From: Octopus bimaculoides
Taxonomy: Eukaryota
Length of the DNA stretch: 61,807 bases
Direction of reading: 5' to 3'
Assembly: GCF_001194135.2 (NCBI RefSeq)
Contig: NC_068982.1
Span: 87,087,242-87,149,048 of the forward strand
Part shown: positions 25,926 through 39,200 of the stretch, in pieces
Layout of the letters: every line of letters starts with the position of its first letter
Position numbering within the stretch: position 1 is the stretch's first letter
The notes under the pieces: generated by a model
The model's input: only the letters and a program-made list of their open reading frames with translations
Database searches by the model: none
What the model was told of the DNA's origin: nothing
Made by a program: the position numbers and the translations under genes

Positions 25926-26089
25926 CTGAAATGAAAATAAATATAAATTATTTGTTTCATAAATATTTTAAAAATATATGAAAAAATACATTATTGGATT
26001 CATATAACTGAAACTAATTTGGTTGGTCCTGTTTCTAACAATGAAAATACTGCATTTAAGGACAAGGTATTTACTTCTATCTATACTTA

Positions 26090-26480
26090 TGACAATGATG
26101 ATGATGATACCCATTCAGACACAGCACTCCTTGCCACACACTACAGTCATACACTCCAACAGTGTCCTCCCTGACCAGTCCTTGATGTCACCACTTCATC
26201 TATGTCTTTGTCACCTGCAAACTCATTTTCCATTCACCTAACCCCTGAGGATGTGGACAAAGAGGTTTGAGCCCTGATAATGTGGCCCAAATATTGCACT
26301 TTGCCCTGTATGACCCTCTTCCCCACTTTTTATCCCACTAATATTCAGTATTTCCCTTAATACTGAATCCTTTGTCCTACAGGTTACCACGCTGAACCAT
26401 AGCATTTGCCTATAGCATATCATCTCAAAGGAAGTCAGTCATTTGGTGTACACTCTCACTTAGGGTCCATGCTTCACAAC
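26090..26480 (-). mobile_element. RTE/BovB-like LINE 3' fragment
   Basis: SFEMICYRQMLWFS...FGPH...ILRG.VNGK...DIKDWSG, ending at a (CAT)n tail. Confidence 0.7.
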
Positions 26481-26702
26481 CATACATATAGTGTTACCTA
26501 AAATCTATAGATATATTCTTTATTAATTTCAAATGTCTATACTCAATCTGGTTACAGAATTCAGCACTTGAAGCATGATTACTAATTTCAGGATACAACC
26601 TCAAACAAACCTTACAAAAATTTTGGATAAGTTTTAATAATTATAAAAATTAAAATCATGGCACACATTTATATTTTGTTGCCAACTGCCTAACAATTCA
26701 AT

Positions 26703-26739
<37 letters not shown>

Positions 26740-27129
26740 ATTTATTTATTGATTTACTTATTTATATACTCTCTAAGATACTTTTTCTTTTTCATTTCTA
26801 TGATTACTCTCAGCAGCACATATCCATTGATTCCTCCCCAAAATGAGTTTCTCTAACAACCATATGCTGTTTTTAAAACAAGGCAGTAAATGGGATTTTT
26901 AAAAATATTTTTAAAGTCGCAAATTTTTATGAACATATTTTTAGAGGAAGGAAGAAGAAAAAAAGCATTAAAAGTATAAAACATCAAATTATCTAGAAAA
27001 AATACTCAGAACTATTTCAAGGGAACATAGAAAAAGAAAACAGGGTGGGGGGTTAAGCAGTAGAAGATGGGGTGGGGGGTTAAGCAGTAGAAGATGGGGT
27101 GGGGGAGAATAATGGGTTGTACACCCTTG

Positions 27130-28060
27130 TGGACATGATTGCAAAGGCATTGCTAAGGAGAATGGCCAGTAACACTTGCTGCAGCAGCCAGCCCACCTCA
27201 TGGAGATAATTTCTAAGATGGGCCACAGTTATCATAATTTTGCAGAGGAAATCGACAGTGCATGATCCAAGAATACTTGAATGCAACCAACACAAACTGA
27301 TAGCACTTGGTAAAACTCCTGTATCTGTTTAGTTTTCTGTTCTCTGCGTTATGGTTGGTGATACCCAAGTTTGCAGCAAGATTGGAGCCAGAAATGTGTC
27401 ATAGTACACTGCATCTCAGATTAGGGATCTACCTCTCCCATATGGGAAGAGGGTTATTCCGTCAGGGTACTTACCATCCCCACAGGCTCCAGTTGTGATG
27501 GGAAGCCAGCAGTGTCAAGGCCCCTTCTAATTTTGTCATTCAGAGCGGCATGTTGGCAGAACTGGCCTATGCTTTGGCTACAGGATGATGGATGCAGGCT
27601 CCATATCGGCATTTGTGAGGCTCACACATGCAGAGACCAAGGCATGGAGCCACTCTGTTACAAGTGCACTCATCATCAAAGAGAGTAGTGGCTGATGAAG
27701 ATGAAGAGAACACCAAATTAAGCTATACACTGCTGTTTAGCTGTGAAGCAGAACAGGGGTAGGTGAGGCAGTGCTAGTTTAAAGATATCTCAATCCATCC
27801 AAAGGCAGAATTGCATCTGATGTTATCCCAGTTACGTTGGACATCTGTATTCTGGGAGATGGTAAGACCTTCAACAGTCCAACCGATTAGAGCTGACTCT
27901 AGTTCCCTGGTCACGTCATGTTCAGCCATTCCATGGAGTACCTCACCAATGAGGGTGCAACTGAAGGAGATTGAGGAAAGATAAGCTGGCAGAGCCAGGT
28001 CCAATGTGGAATGGAGGCCAAGGCCACCAAATCTAACAGGCATGATCTGTTGTCAACTGT
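27130..28060 (-). mobile_element. CRE-clade (REL) non-LTR retrotransposon 3' part, degenerate
   Basis: MPVRFGGLGL...LALPAYLSS; CEPHKC; [23 protein letters not shown]; [18 protein letters not shown]. Confidence 0.8.
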
Positions 28061-29645
28061 AGTTTAACCTGTTGCCACCTGACACTGTCAAAACTGACAT
28101 TACAGATTAGTTCAGCACAGAACCAGATGGTGTCACTGATATCGCTGAAGCGATCTATGAAAGTGACAGGACACACTGTGCAGCAAGGAGAAGAGCTTAG
28201 GCAGGGCAAAGCAATTCCTCAAGAGGAAGCTACAAAGGGGCTATCTTTGCAAGTGAAAGACAATTCTATGATGCTTGTGTACAAAGTGCAATACAGTATG
28301 GTATGAAAACATGATCACTGAATGCAGAGCATATGCAAAGTTGAAAAGAAATAAAGTGAGCATTGGTTGGATGGTTTGACAGGAATCAACATGTCCAACG
28401 ACTACATCAAGCTCCAATATTTGCTTTGGTATGGTTTTCTTATGGCTGGATGCCCTTCTTAATGCCAACCACTTTACAGCATGGACTGGGTGCTTTTTTC
28501 ATGTCACCTGCAGTTTGCTGCAGGACTACATGCCTAGGGTAGGTGGAGGAACAGCTTCATGTTTGGAAATGAGGTTATTACTGGGGTGGACGAGGCAGAG
28601 CAGGTTCATACAGAGGGAACTGTAAGCTTACACTTAGCACGGGGAAAAAAAAGAGGAGGGGGCATACAGACTGTCAAAATAGGTACGGTTGAAAGGAGGA
28701 TGAGACAAGAGCTGGGAATGATTGAAAGATGCAGAAGATGGAAGGCAGTGAGTATCAGGAGTAGTAATGATGATACAGTTACTGGTGGGAGGGGAAAGAG
28801 ATGTATTGCATGAGGAGGAGTCACTGTAACAGGTGGAGGATCCAAAATATGGCACTTCTAAAACTCAGACCTACTGTGGAGGGTAAGTTTTTTTTATATC
28901 CTCATATTGCCAGAGATCCCAGTCCTTTGTCATTTCATCTACCAGGCTCAAAGTTCTGAGCTCAGCTTTCACCACTTCATCCCATGTCTGCCTGGGTCTT
29001 CATCTTCTGCAGGTTCCAGCCACATTAAATGAACAGTGCTTCATTATACAACTGTTCTTACCATCACATTCTTCTTTCTTGAATACAAGTGATACCTCTT
29101 ATGTAAAAATGTAAATGAATGAGGAAGTACAAATATGCACAGAGGAAAAAGTGGTTATGAGAAGTATCAGATGTAGTGTGCAAGAGAAAAGACAATACCA
29201 TGTGATCCATGTAGATGGAACCTGTAGACGAAGACATGGGAAGAAGTGGCATGGACTGAACTCAAAGAGGAGATGACAAGGGATTGCAAAAAGTGGTGAG
29301 ACACTGAACTAGAGAAGACCCATGCAAACATAAAAAAAAACCAGACATAAATTGATGATGGTAATGCAGTAATTCAGAATACCTGAAAGATACTGGTCAT
29401 ATATGAATTGTGAATCAGGTATCCAAAACAAAACATGAACATTCCTATCATCAACTAAAGAGATATCTATCTAAAGTATGCCAATGCTCTTTTCTTCCAT
29501 ACATCACACATCTATGCTTTATTCCTAACATTTGAATCATCACTTCAGCAGATTATTAAAAAAATAAAACAAGCTTTTTGATTTCAAGTTTAAATTAATC
29601 AAGAACTGCTTCACATAAAGACAAGAAAGCAAAATACATTCTTAC

Positions 29646-29767
29646 CGCACAAAGGCACGACCACCACATACAGCAGCACAAAGTTGGTCAATGGCATTTT
29701 GCAGATCTAATGGTTGAGTTAGTTTCTGTTCATCATAAGTTGTTTTAAATACAAGCTTATCTTTCAC
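29646..29767 (-). CDS. PGM3: PGM3 exon: VKDKLVFKTTYDEQKLTQPLDLQNAIDQLCAAVCGGRAFV(R)
   Basis: 122 bp, aatAG/GTaaga; LQxAI...RAFVR motif; ends in phase 2. Confidence 0.95.
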
Positions 29768-30029
29768 CTATTAAATAGATAAATAAGTAATTTCATTACA
29801 TTGCCTTTTCAAACTCAAGACCAGCTGTAGAATGGAAAGTAAAGAGCATTTTGTTTCTTATATTTGCAGTTATTTTCTAATTTTTAAAGAAATAAAAGGT
29901 AAAATTGGCAATAGTGAAACTTCAACATCAGAATCTTGACTATATTTATTATCTTGTTTATTTTCATTGATCATCATATTCATGGAACAAATTTTTCACA
30001 ATAATTTTTCATATTGTTAATCTCAACTT

Positions 30030-30360
30030 TAGAAGATGGAAATTTTCTTTATGTTTCCACTACATTTCAATAAGCTATTACCTGGCAAATTTTTTCTTTT
30101 TTGTGGATGAAATGAAAGGAAAAGAAGAAAGCGATGAAACATTTGTATATAGTATGTGTTGTAAAACTCACAGAGGTTTTGCAGTGTTAAAATAAACAGA
30201 GATGCACCAAGTGTACACATTAAGCAGCTAAAACATTCCCTAGAGAATTTCAAGCTATTGTACAGTATGTCAAATATCCAGAGGAACTTATTTTCAATGT
30301 AGATGAGACAGAGTTATATTGAAAAGGGAATGTTATCAAGTTACTGTCACTGAAGAAAAG
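30030..30360 (+). mobile_element. pogo/Tigger transposase remnant
   Basis: AAKTFPREFQAIVQYVKYPEELIFNVDETELY*K, the first-D region of the DDE_1 domain. Confidence 0.75.
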
Positions 30361-31109
30361 ACAGTTGATTACTCAGCTGGTACTTTTCTTTTTTTTTTTT
30401 ATCAACCCTGAAAGGATGAAAGGCAAAACTGATCTTAGTAACATTTGAACTCAGAATGACAAATGAGAAGAAATGCCAGTAAGCATTTTTGTCCAGAACA
30501 GTAACAATTCTGCCAGCTCACTGCCTTGTTGCTGATGATGATAATGTGTTTTAATCATCATCATCAACAACAACACATATTAGATATGCATGTGTGTATA
30601 TATCTCTCTCTCTCTTCTCTCCCCACGTGACTGGTGTTCGGCCAAGCTTAAACTTTCTTTCTTGGTTCGGCAGCCGTCCGTGCAACATCTATATTCCTCC
30701 CTGTGCCTGTGAAATCTTGTAACCCTGCCATAAGGCTTTACTTCCACACACACCAGCTTAATTTAATTCATCCTTAGTCGAAAGACACCTGTTGTTATGT
30801 CCTGTTATTTGTATTTGTGTAACATTCTCCGTTTTTTTCAGTCCTTGTTTTCATATACATTCGCTGCTTTCTTTCAAGAAATCTAATGCTCTTAGCTTAG
30901 TTTTTCCTTGCAGCTGGCCAGATTGGAGCAATCTCAACAATAACCAGCCGAAATTGCAAAGATAATCTGGAACTCGACTGAGGAAAAAAAGCTCAGAATG
31001 ACCCGTCCTTGTTTTCTTTGTATCGTCTATTTGGATGTTTTGTTGTCCCCTTTTTAGTATCACTTAACTGTTTGGATGTTTCGCGTTGTCCCATTTTGTA
31101 TTTATATAT

Positions 31110-31490
31110 CGCACAAGAGTGGCTGTGTGGTAAGCAGTTTGCTTACCAACCACATGGTTCCAGGTTCATTCCCACTGCGTGGCACCTTGGGCAAGTGTCT
31201 TCTACTATAGCCTCAGGCCGACCAAAGCCGTGTGAGTGGATTTGGTAGGCAGAAACCGAAAGAAGCCCATTGTATATATGTGCATATATATATATGTATG
31301 TGTGTGTATATGTTTGTGTGTCTGTGTTTGTCCTCCCAACATTGCTTGACAACCGATGATGGTGTGTTTACATCCCTGTAACTTAGTGGTTCAGCAAAGA
31401 GACCAATAGAATAAGTCCTGGGGTTGATTTGCTCGACTAAAGGCAGTGCTGTAGCATGGTCGCAGTCAAATGACTGAAACGAGTAAAAGA
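31110..31490 (+). mobile_element. Full-length SINE family A
   Basis: tRNA-like head (gtggctgtgtggtaag...ggttccaggttcattccc), TA/TG core and 3' tail. A second full copy lies at 38440-38830. Confidence 0.85.
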
Positions 31491-31512
31491 GTATATATAT
31501 ATATACATATTG

Positions 31513-31890
31513 TTGTTGTTGGCACTCCGTCGCTTACGACGTCGAGGGTTCCAGTTGATCCGATCAACGGAACAGCCTGCTCGTGAAATTAATGTGCAAG
31601 TGGCTGAGCACTCCGCAGACACGGGTACCCTTAACGTAGTTCTCGGGGATATTCAGCGTGACACAGTGTGACAAGGCTGACCCTTTGAATTACAGGCACA
31701 ACAGAAACAGAAAGTAAGAGTGAGAGAAAGTTGTGGTGAAAGAGTACAGCAGGGTTCGCCACCATACCCTGCCGGAGCCTCGTGGAGCTTTAGGTGTTTT
31801 CGCTCAATACACACTCACAACGCCCGGTCTGGGAATCGAAACCGCGATCCTATGACCGTGAGTCCGCTGCCCTAACCACTGGGCCATTGT
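31513..31890 (-). mobile_element. Young CpG-rich tRNA-derived SINE, family D (OR1-like)
   Basis: Head tggcccagtggttagggcagcggac...ggtttcgattccc with A/B-box-like motifs; (CAA)n tail. Confidence 0.85.
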
Positions 31891-32679
31891 TTCTCCTCTG
31901 ACTAGGTAACTAAATAACACCTTTATATCAGCACACTTGATTCTGACCTCTTTCTGTACCTCTCTCTCACTGGGTAACCATGTACCTGTATAGCAAGACA
32001 CCTATTTCTGCCACTCTGTTTCTCTGTTACACTCTAATCTTTCACTATTTGATACAGGATCACCTCCTCTATTGTGGCAAGACACCTGCTTCTGTCTCTC
32101 TGTCTCTTTGTCACACTCTAACTTCCATCCTCTGACACAAATGCCCTGCTCCTCTCATAATTCCTTGTCTTGTGAGTTACTTGGTTACCCTGCCAGTGCT
32201 GGTGCCACTTTAATAGCATCCAGTCCACACTGTAATGTGGTTGGTATCTGGAAGGGCATCCAGCTGTAAAAATCTTGCCAAAACTAACTTCGTCTGTGCT
32301 CATGTCACATAAAAAGCACTGAGTCCACTCTGTAGAGTGGTTGGTGTTAGGAAGGGCATTCAGCTGTAAAATCCCTGCCAAAACAGACACAGCAGCCTTG
32401 GGTAGATTTTCCACCTGGCCAGCTCCTGTCAATCGTCCTGGACATTAAACGATTATGATGATGATGAATATATATATATATATTTATATACATATAGACA
32501 ATGTGCTTTTTGTAGATATAAGGGCCTTTGACTCTTGTTTCTGGTAATATAGGTGCCACCCTGCACCTTCAGTCACTTAATGACAACTGAATTTTTCCTT
32601 TTTGATTTTATATTGCGTCTAGTCACCTTCCTTATTTTATAATTTTCACATTACCATTTTGCACACACATACATATAGG

Positions 32680-33420
32680 ATTATCTCTCTGACTTCACAT
32701 GTCAGTAAAATCATGAAACAAATCCTGAGAAGGAAACTGATAGCGTTCTTAGAAGAAAATGACTTACTGAACAATACTTAGTATGGCTTCTGTTCAGGAA
32801 GAAGCTGCCTCACACACCTCTTATAACAGTATGACTAGCTTTTGAAGAAGTTGCTCGACCATTCAAATTTCAATGTGATATATCTTGAATATGCAAAGAC
32901 CTTTCAGAAGGTGGATCATGGCAGGATATGTCACAAGCTGTGAGACCTTGGCACAGTTGGCAAACTAGGAGAGTGGATACATGACTTACATAGAGGTCAG
33001 GCTACATAGAAGTCAGTTAATGGTGCCCTCTCTAAGGAAGCACAAATTCTGAGTAACATCTTTCAGGGAACAACCTTAGGGCCATTATGCCAGTGACTAG
33101 CAACACCAACGATACAAAATTATCACAGGTAATAAAGAACTTTGACAATGTTGCAAGCTTGCAGTGGTACTTAAATGCAATATATGAAACAACATTCAGT
33201 TTAATGTTGGGTAATTTCAAGCACTGCACAATGTACCACAGCCTGCATAAACAGAACCTGAAGGCACTGCAATCTCAAAGTCACAGATAGCGAGAAAGTC
33301 GGGGATCAGTATGTGCAATGAATCATTTTATATACACATTACCAAGATGGCAACAAAAAGCAGACAAATAGCAGGATAGATTTCTTCAGAACAAAAACAT
33401 GAATAAGTCACATTAACCCT
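32680..33420 (+). mobile_element. CR1/L2-group RT fragment
   Basis: ISLTSHVSKIMKQI...YGFCSGRSCLTHL...IYLEYAKTFQKVDHG...QGTTLGPL. Confidence 0.8.
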
Positions 33421-33938
33421 GTGGAAGACTTTTGTTCTCACCCAAAGGTCAAGAATCCTTTTGGGTGGGTTTTTTTTTATATTTTGAAATAAATTTTATT
33501 TATTAATCATATTTATAAAACAAAAGTACAATTTGGAGAAAACATTAAGCCTGTATTCACAATAAACCAAGAAATAAAATAATTGCAGATTTATGGTCAA
33601 ATATCCTTTCAGCTATCCACTCTCAGTAAAAATAAATAAAAATGGATTATTGAATTATCTATTACCCAGATAATTCAAGAAGAATTTTAATTTGTGACTC
33701 TGCACCTCAAAATATTAAGCAAATCACTAGACGCTCCTGTATCTTGAGATGATATGGTAATTGCTTTATGAGTGTTATATGGATTAAGCTCTATAAGATA
33801 AGATATAATTCAAAACATGGTGCTTATTCTCCAAATTTTGTGTGAATTTCATTCAAAATGATACAAGTAAATTATTCTTTAATGAAAGACAGTAAGGAAT
33901 ACAAATATCATGAGGAGGAGGAAAAATTAAAATCTTAC

Positions 33939-34061
33939 TTTGATTTGTTTGAGGACAGATGGCTTCTCTTTATAAATTGCATCCCACTTCACTGTATTCC
34001 AACCAAGAGAATGCAAGATGGTTTCTATAAGCAACATGTCCGAAATTGAATCACCCACAGT
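33939..34061 (-). CDS. PGM3: PGM3 exon: TVGDSISDMLLIETILHSLGWNTVKWDAIYKEKPSVLKQIK
   Basis: 123 bp, tttacAG/GTaaga; VGDxISD motif and W..Y spacing of PGM3. Confidence 0.95.
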
Positions 34062-34084
34062 CTGTAAAGTTGACAACATTTGTT

Positions 34085-34330
34085 TAACAACAACAACAAC
34101 AACAACAACAACATTATTGTACCTACCTAGAAATAATGGGGGAAGAGGAACAATGCAGGTAGAACAATAGCAGTGAAGAGGTACTTATCTATTACAGGAC
34201 TGGATGCTGCAGCTTGTATGCTAACACAAAAGCAGCACAAAGTCACATTCTATTGTCAAGGAAGCTTGCAAATTCACAAGGGAACTTGTCATTAACCCTG
34301 AATTAGATGAAGAACCTGAACCCACTACCA
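34085..34330 (+). mobile_element. R4/Dong-like fragment
   Basis: LYLPRNNGGRG motif. Confidence 0.5.
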
Positions 34331-34612
34331 CCAAACAATCGGATGATTCAGATCCTTGTTAGAGTATATGTTTTCTTTTATGTGCATTAACTACAATATT
34401 AGAGTATTTTTAGCTTGTATTTCTAGCAATGTAGGTGTTTCTTAATATCTTTAGTAAGAATTATAATTCTCCTTTTTGGTAAAATATTGCAACCTGCCAT
34501 TTATATTAATTTTATGCAAATATAGCAAATTGCTAAATCATACATTAATTTGGATGACGAAAACATATTCGCTAATAGAGAAGCAAGCCAAGGAAAGCTG
34601 AGATTGAGTGAG

Positions 34613-34661
34613 CTTAACTGATGAGGCAATGGAAACTGCCAAATCTAACATCTGCATTAAG
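34613..34661 (+). ncRNA. Degenerate hammerhead motif in the Penelope pLTR
   Basis: cttaa-CTGATGA-ggca atggaaac tgcc-(G lost)AAA...-ttaag. Stems I and II pair; GAAA and the cleavage triplet are damaged. Confidence 0.55.
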
Positions 34662-36244
34662 AATTCTCGATCAGCATTTTTCAGATGATTCAGGTCCCTG
34701 TTAGTGTATGTTTTCATTCATGTGCGTTAACTAGAGAATTAGAGCATTTTAGGTCGTATTTCTAGCAATGTAGATGTTTCTTAACACCCTAGTCACATTT
34801 AGTGACAATTATAGTTCTCCTTTTTGGTGAAATATTGCAACCTACTGTTTATATTAATTATAAACATATCCTCCAGCAATAATGCCTCATCTACCACAGA
34901 GCATAACCCCCAAGTCTCATCTACTTGTAACTGTTGCTCCGGGACAATCTGCCCGCTACAAACGCATTGCGTAAGATATAACGTAATATATAAATGCACT
35001 GTAACCAATCTGCTATATAACTCTACAGCTGCATACATAGGTTCAACTAAAAACTTCAAGCAACGCTATGCAGCCCACTTGCACTCTTTTAGATATGACA
35101 AACACAGTAAATCTACAACACTAGCTAACCACACTCACCACCTCAAAAACACAAATACCCAGTATACTTTAAAATGGTCCATCCTGGACTCTGGAATTCT
35201 ATACCAGGGCCAGCGCTCTAATTGCAAGCTTTGCTTAAAGGAGGCGTTCCATATTTTAAAATACAATTCTCCCACTCTACCTAATCGATATAACGAAACA
35301 CTTAGCACCTGCAATCACCGTTTTTTCCATACATTCAAATTCTATCACAGACACAAATTCACAAATGACCACACAACATACTCACACAACTCCCTATAGG
35401 TAACCTATGCAACTGGTCCCCCTTCTACCACCTTTAGAATAGATTTATTTCTTTTTTAGATCTTATCACTACTAAATCTTTTTTCTTAATTTACTTCCTT
35501 TATACTTTCCTTTGATAGCCACCAACACCACCACCACTTGTAGGTTCCTTCATAGCCTTTACGTATTTTCAATAGATCTCCACATTACCTCCCACAACTC
35601 CCTATTGATAACCCCAATCAACTCTAGGTAGCATCCCCCTTCTACCATCTTGAAAATAGGTTTAGCTCTATTTTTAGAACATATCACTACTAATTCTATT
35701 CTCTTATTTTCCTTTAATACTGTTCTTAGAATGCCACCTACACCCTCACCACTTATAGGTTCATAGCCTGACACTATACACAATAATTACATCTCCACAT
35801 TACCTCCCCACATTCCTTTTTCCTTACTAAACTTATGCTTCCACCCTCACATTCTTCCTTTTGCTCTCTCTACTTCTTCTTTCCTTCTTGTCAGAATAAC
35901 TGACCATACAACTGCTTACTACTATCAACCATATTTCTCACTTGAATTGCTTCCTCCCCCTTCCTTCCTGTCTTAAGGCTTGACCTCTTAACCCTACACA
36001 AAGGCTATCCTTTGAGTAAACAACGCACATAGTTCTCCAGATACGATATGATATATATCCACCTTTGCTACTACAATTATCTCCGGAAAATACCCGCAAG
36101 GATTCTTTACATGGATGTTTACTGCTGGAATAAAGCTACACTCCAAGTACTGTTTCTTCTTTGTTCTTTTTTCTGCACATCGCTCTCACTTCTTACTACA
36201 AATCTCCTCTTATAGATGTAATAATCCATTCCTCAACTATTACC

Positions 36245-36293
36245 GTCTCCGATGAAGAGATACATTGGATTTTCCCTGAAACAGCTGTAAGAC
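36245..36293 (+). ncRNA. Degenerate minimal hammerhead motif at the Penelope 3' end
   Basis: gtct-CCGATGA-[imperfect stem II]-GAAA-CAGCTG-TA-agac. Perfect ACAGCTGT palindrome; U4 changed to C. Confidence 0.65.
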
Positions 36294-39200
36294 TTTATCC
36301 ATAAAATATATTTCTAACTTTGCCATTGGTCTCTTTATCTTTTTCTCTCTTTATACATACACACGCTAATACACGACCTATATTATATTCCCCACTCATG
36401 TTTATACAACGACAGGGGCAAAACTAGCCAGTATACAGCACTTACTCGGTATTACCTGTATCTTTGGGTTTGGTTGAATCCAATACCCTTTATAACCTTT
36501 ATATATATATAAACTCCCCTAGCAGAAAAATACACAAAATTATTACAAATTCACAAAGCTTGAAACTAAAGCCAATAAAAGTATTTTGTTTTGAAGTGTA
36601 TACACTATACACTTTTATAGTGAAGACATTAAAAGGGACAAGGTGGAAAAAAATGCAGATTGTTTCCTAATAACAAGACAATTCAAGAATAAATATGAGA
36701 AAAATAATATACTTGGAATAATATGTTAAAAAAATCTAATTACAATGTCCACAAATATGAAATCCCATAATTTGAGACATCACAGTGCAGATAGAGGATA
36801 CCTGTAGCAGAATTTCCATCTTTATGACAAATGTGTTAGAAAGCTCTAACTGCGTTTTTTTCTTCTTTTTTCTTTCTACATTCATCCGATTAAACAATCT
36901 CATAGGTTACTTCTTTTTTCTGTGTTCGATGCTGTTGGTATGGATGATGTTTGCAGCCATTGGAATGAGAGAAAAAGAACAAAGGGTAGCTATGCACAGG
37001 ATGTGAGAGGCCTCTTGCTGATCATGGAGCAAGAGAGAGGAGCTAAGCTGGAACCTCTGCTGACCCACCAACGGGAGGGTGTTGTGGTTTAGGGTCAAAA
37101 TACCTGATGATTGTTGGATACCGTTTGACGACATCAGTTCATTCTGGCCAAAGCTCCTTTCGGTAAAGTGGAAAAGAAGCACCTTCAAGGTGTTATCAAC
37201 ATAAAGCAATCTCACAGTTCAAGGGAGACAACTAAGTAATTCAATCAGAGTAATAAGAGATAATCTTTAAAATAAAAGGGGAAAACCCATGGATTTTAAC
37301 AATTGGTAGATTGTAATAATGTTATATTGAGCAAAGAAAAACAAAATAACCTACAAGATTAGTTAATTGGAGTAGCAATTTATTAAATGAATATAGAAAA
37401 TAAAAAGAAAAAAATTATGCAGTTTAGCTGTCTAGCACATTTGGTATAAAGATGGAAATCCTACTTTGGACATCCTCTGTCTGCACTATGGTGTCTCAGG
37501 TTAAGGGATTTCCCACTTATGGAAATTGTAAAGCTTGACCTATAATTCTGGGATATAGCCTGTTATTTTACCCTTAAGGAAATTCAGAAAAAAATTTTAA
37601 CAATTCAAAGGCTACACTTTCTTTTTACTCAAAAGGCCTCTTCTTGGCAATCTTAGATACAATCAAAATATAGTTCAGAATTTGACAAGCTATAGTCATG
37701 ACACATACATACATGTGTGTGATTATGCTTGCATATGTATGTATGTATGTGTGTGTGTGTTTATGCTTGCATATGTATGTATGTATGCGTGTGTGTAGGT
37801 GTGTGCATATGTATGTGTGTGTGTATGTGTGTGCAAGTGTCACTAAATCACAGTGAATATTGTTGTGAATATTTGTGTGGGCCTATATTTTCTTGGATCA
37901 CAATTAGTATATGTGTATGTGGGTGTGTAAAGCAACGTTTATCACCACTACTATCTAGAAGCAACACCAAAATCAACCCAACAACTCTTTTAACTATAAT
38001 GAGAATAGCTTAAACGTCATCTCTGCCAGATTTCTGCTAAAACAGTAATGAGCAACAAGCAGAGAAAAAGATAAAATACTAAAATCAGATGACTTATCAC
38101 ATTGCAGCTTTGTAATCAACTGTGTTCATGACTTCTTGTTAATAATGTGCCCCCCCCTCCACCTCCCCTAGCTGTTGTTTACTTTTGCTTTGAAAAGAAA
38201 AAACGATTTTGTGATAAAATGAGTGTGTGATGAGCAAGCGCAAGACTCTTTGCAGTTAAGGAAATTAGTGATGATGATATTTATTCTTCGGTTGAAGAGT
38301 TTACATTTAATGTCTACAATGAGAGAGATTCAGTCAATCAAACTAATGAAAGTGATGAGAAAAGTAACAGTTCAGGTGAACAAATACAATAGTTGAGAGA
38401 TAGGCCTATTATTATTATTCTCCTGAATTTTCTAGTGATAGGCATAGGGGTGGTTGTGTCATAAGAAGTTTGATTCTCAACCATATGGTTCTGGGTTCAG
38501 TACCATTGCATGGCACCTTGGACAAGTGTCTTCTATAATCTCAGGCTGACCAAAGCCTTGAGTGGATTTAGTAGACGAAACCTGTTGCGTGTTTATGTAT
38601 GCATATATATTTATATATGTGTGTGTGTCTGTGTTTGTACCCACACCAGCTGGTGTTGGTGTGTTTACATCCCTGTAACTTAGCAATTCAGCTAAAGAGA
38701 CCAATAGAATAAGTACCAGGCTTAAAAAAAAAAACAAGAACTGCGGTTGATTTATTTGACTAAATTTCTTCAAGGTGGTGCCTCAGTATGGCTGCAGTCT
38801 AATGACTGAAACAAGTAAAAGATAAAAGATTAGTATAAAGAGATACATTATCAGAGGCAAAGTCATTGATTACTAAACAAGAAATTAAAGTCATGACAAA
38901 TTACCAACAAAATAGTAGAAGCAGCCAAACTAAAACTCCAATAACAAAAGAAACATTATGAGTATACCAAGTTAAATTATTTCTAGAAACATTTGTCTTT
39001 TTCCATTTCATAAGCCTAATTGAAAGGGAATGGTATGGCTAAGAACTAATAAAAAGAAACAGCACACAGACACTGTTGAGTAAGAAGGTAGTGCAAGTTA
39101 AATACAGTTATCGGCAATGGAAAGCTTAATTGAAAAATATAAAATATAAACTGAAAAAGTAAAAATTAACAAGCACTAAAGTAACTCAGTGATTCAAAAA

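Larger units (their letters stand above)
34340..36460 (+). mobile_element. Penelope-like element: duplicated pLTR-like segment, GIY-YIG endonuclease and 3' region
   Basis: CNC...CPLQTHC...VIYKCTV...YIGST.NFKQRY..H..SF...STTLANH...KWSIL...CKLCLKE at about 34900-35350; direct repeats at 34340-34520 / 34685-34870. Confidence 0.88.

Noticed and set aside
27044-27105. 27 bp tandem repeat (also 26 bp at about 13255-13310 and 24 bp at about 11025-11060) as CRISPR-like arrays
   Set aside because: Simple local duplications with no spacers, in a eukaryotic context.
30975-31015. CTGAGGA...GAAT...GTC, hammerhead-like
   Set aside because: GAAA is not intact, stem II is A-rich and unpaired, and there is no stem I.
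31110-31890. tRNA genes
   Set aside because: The tRNA-like segments are SINE heads attached to repeat bodies, not complete cloverleafs.
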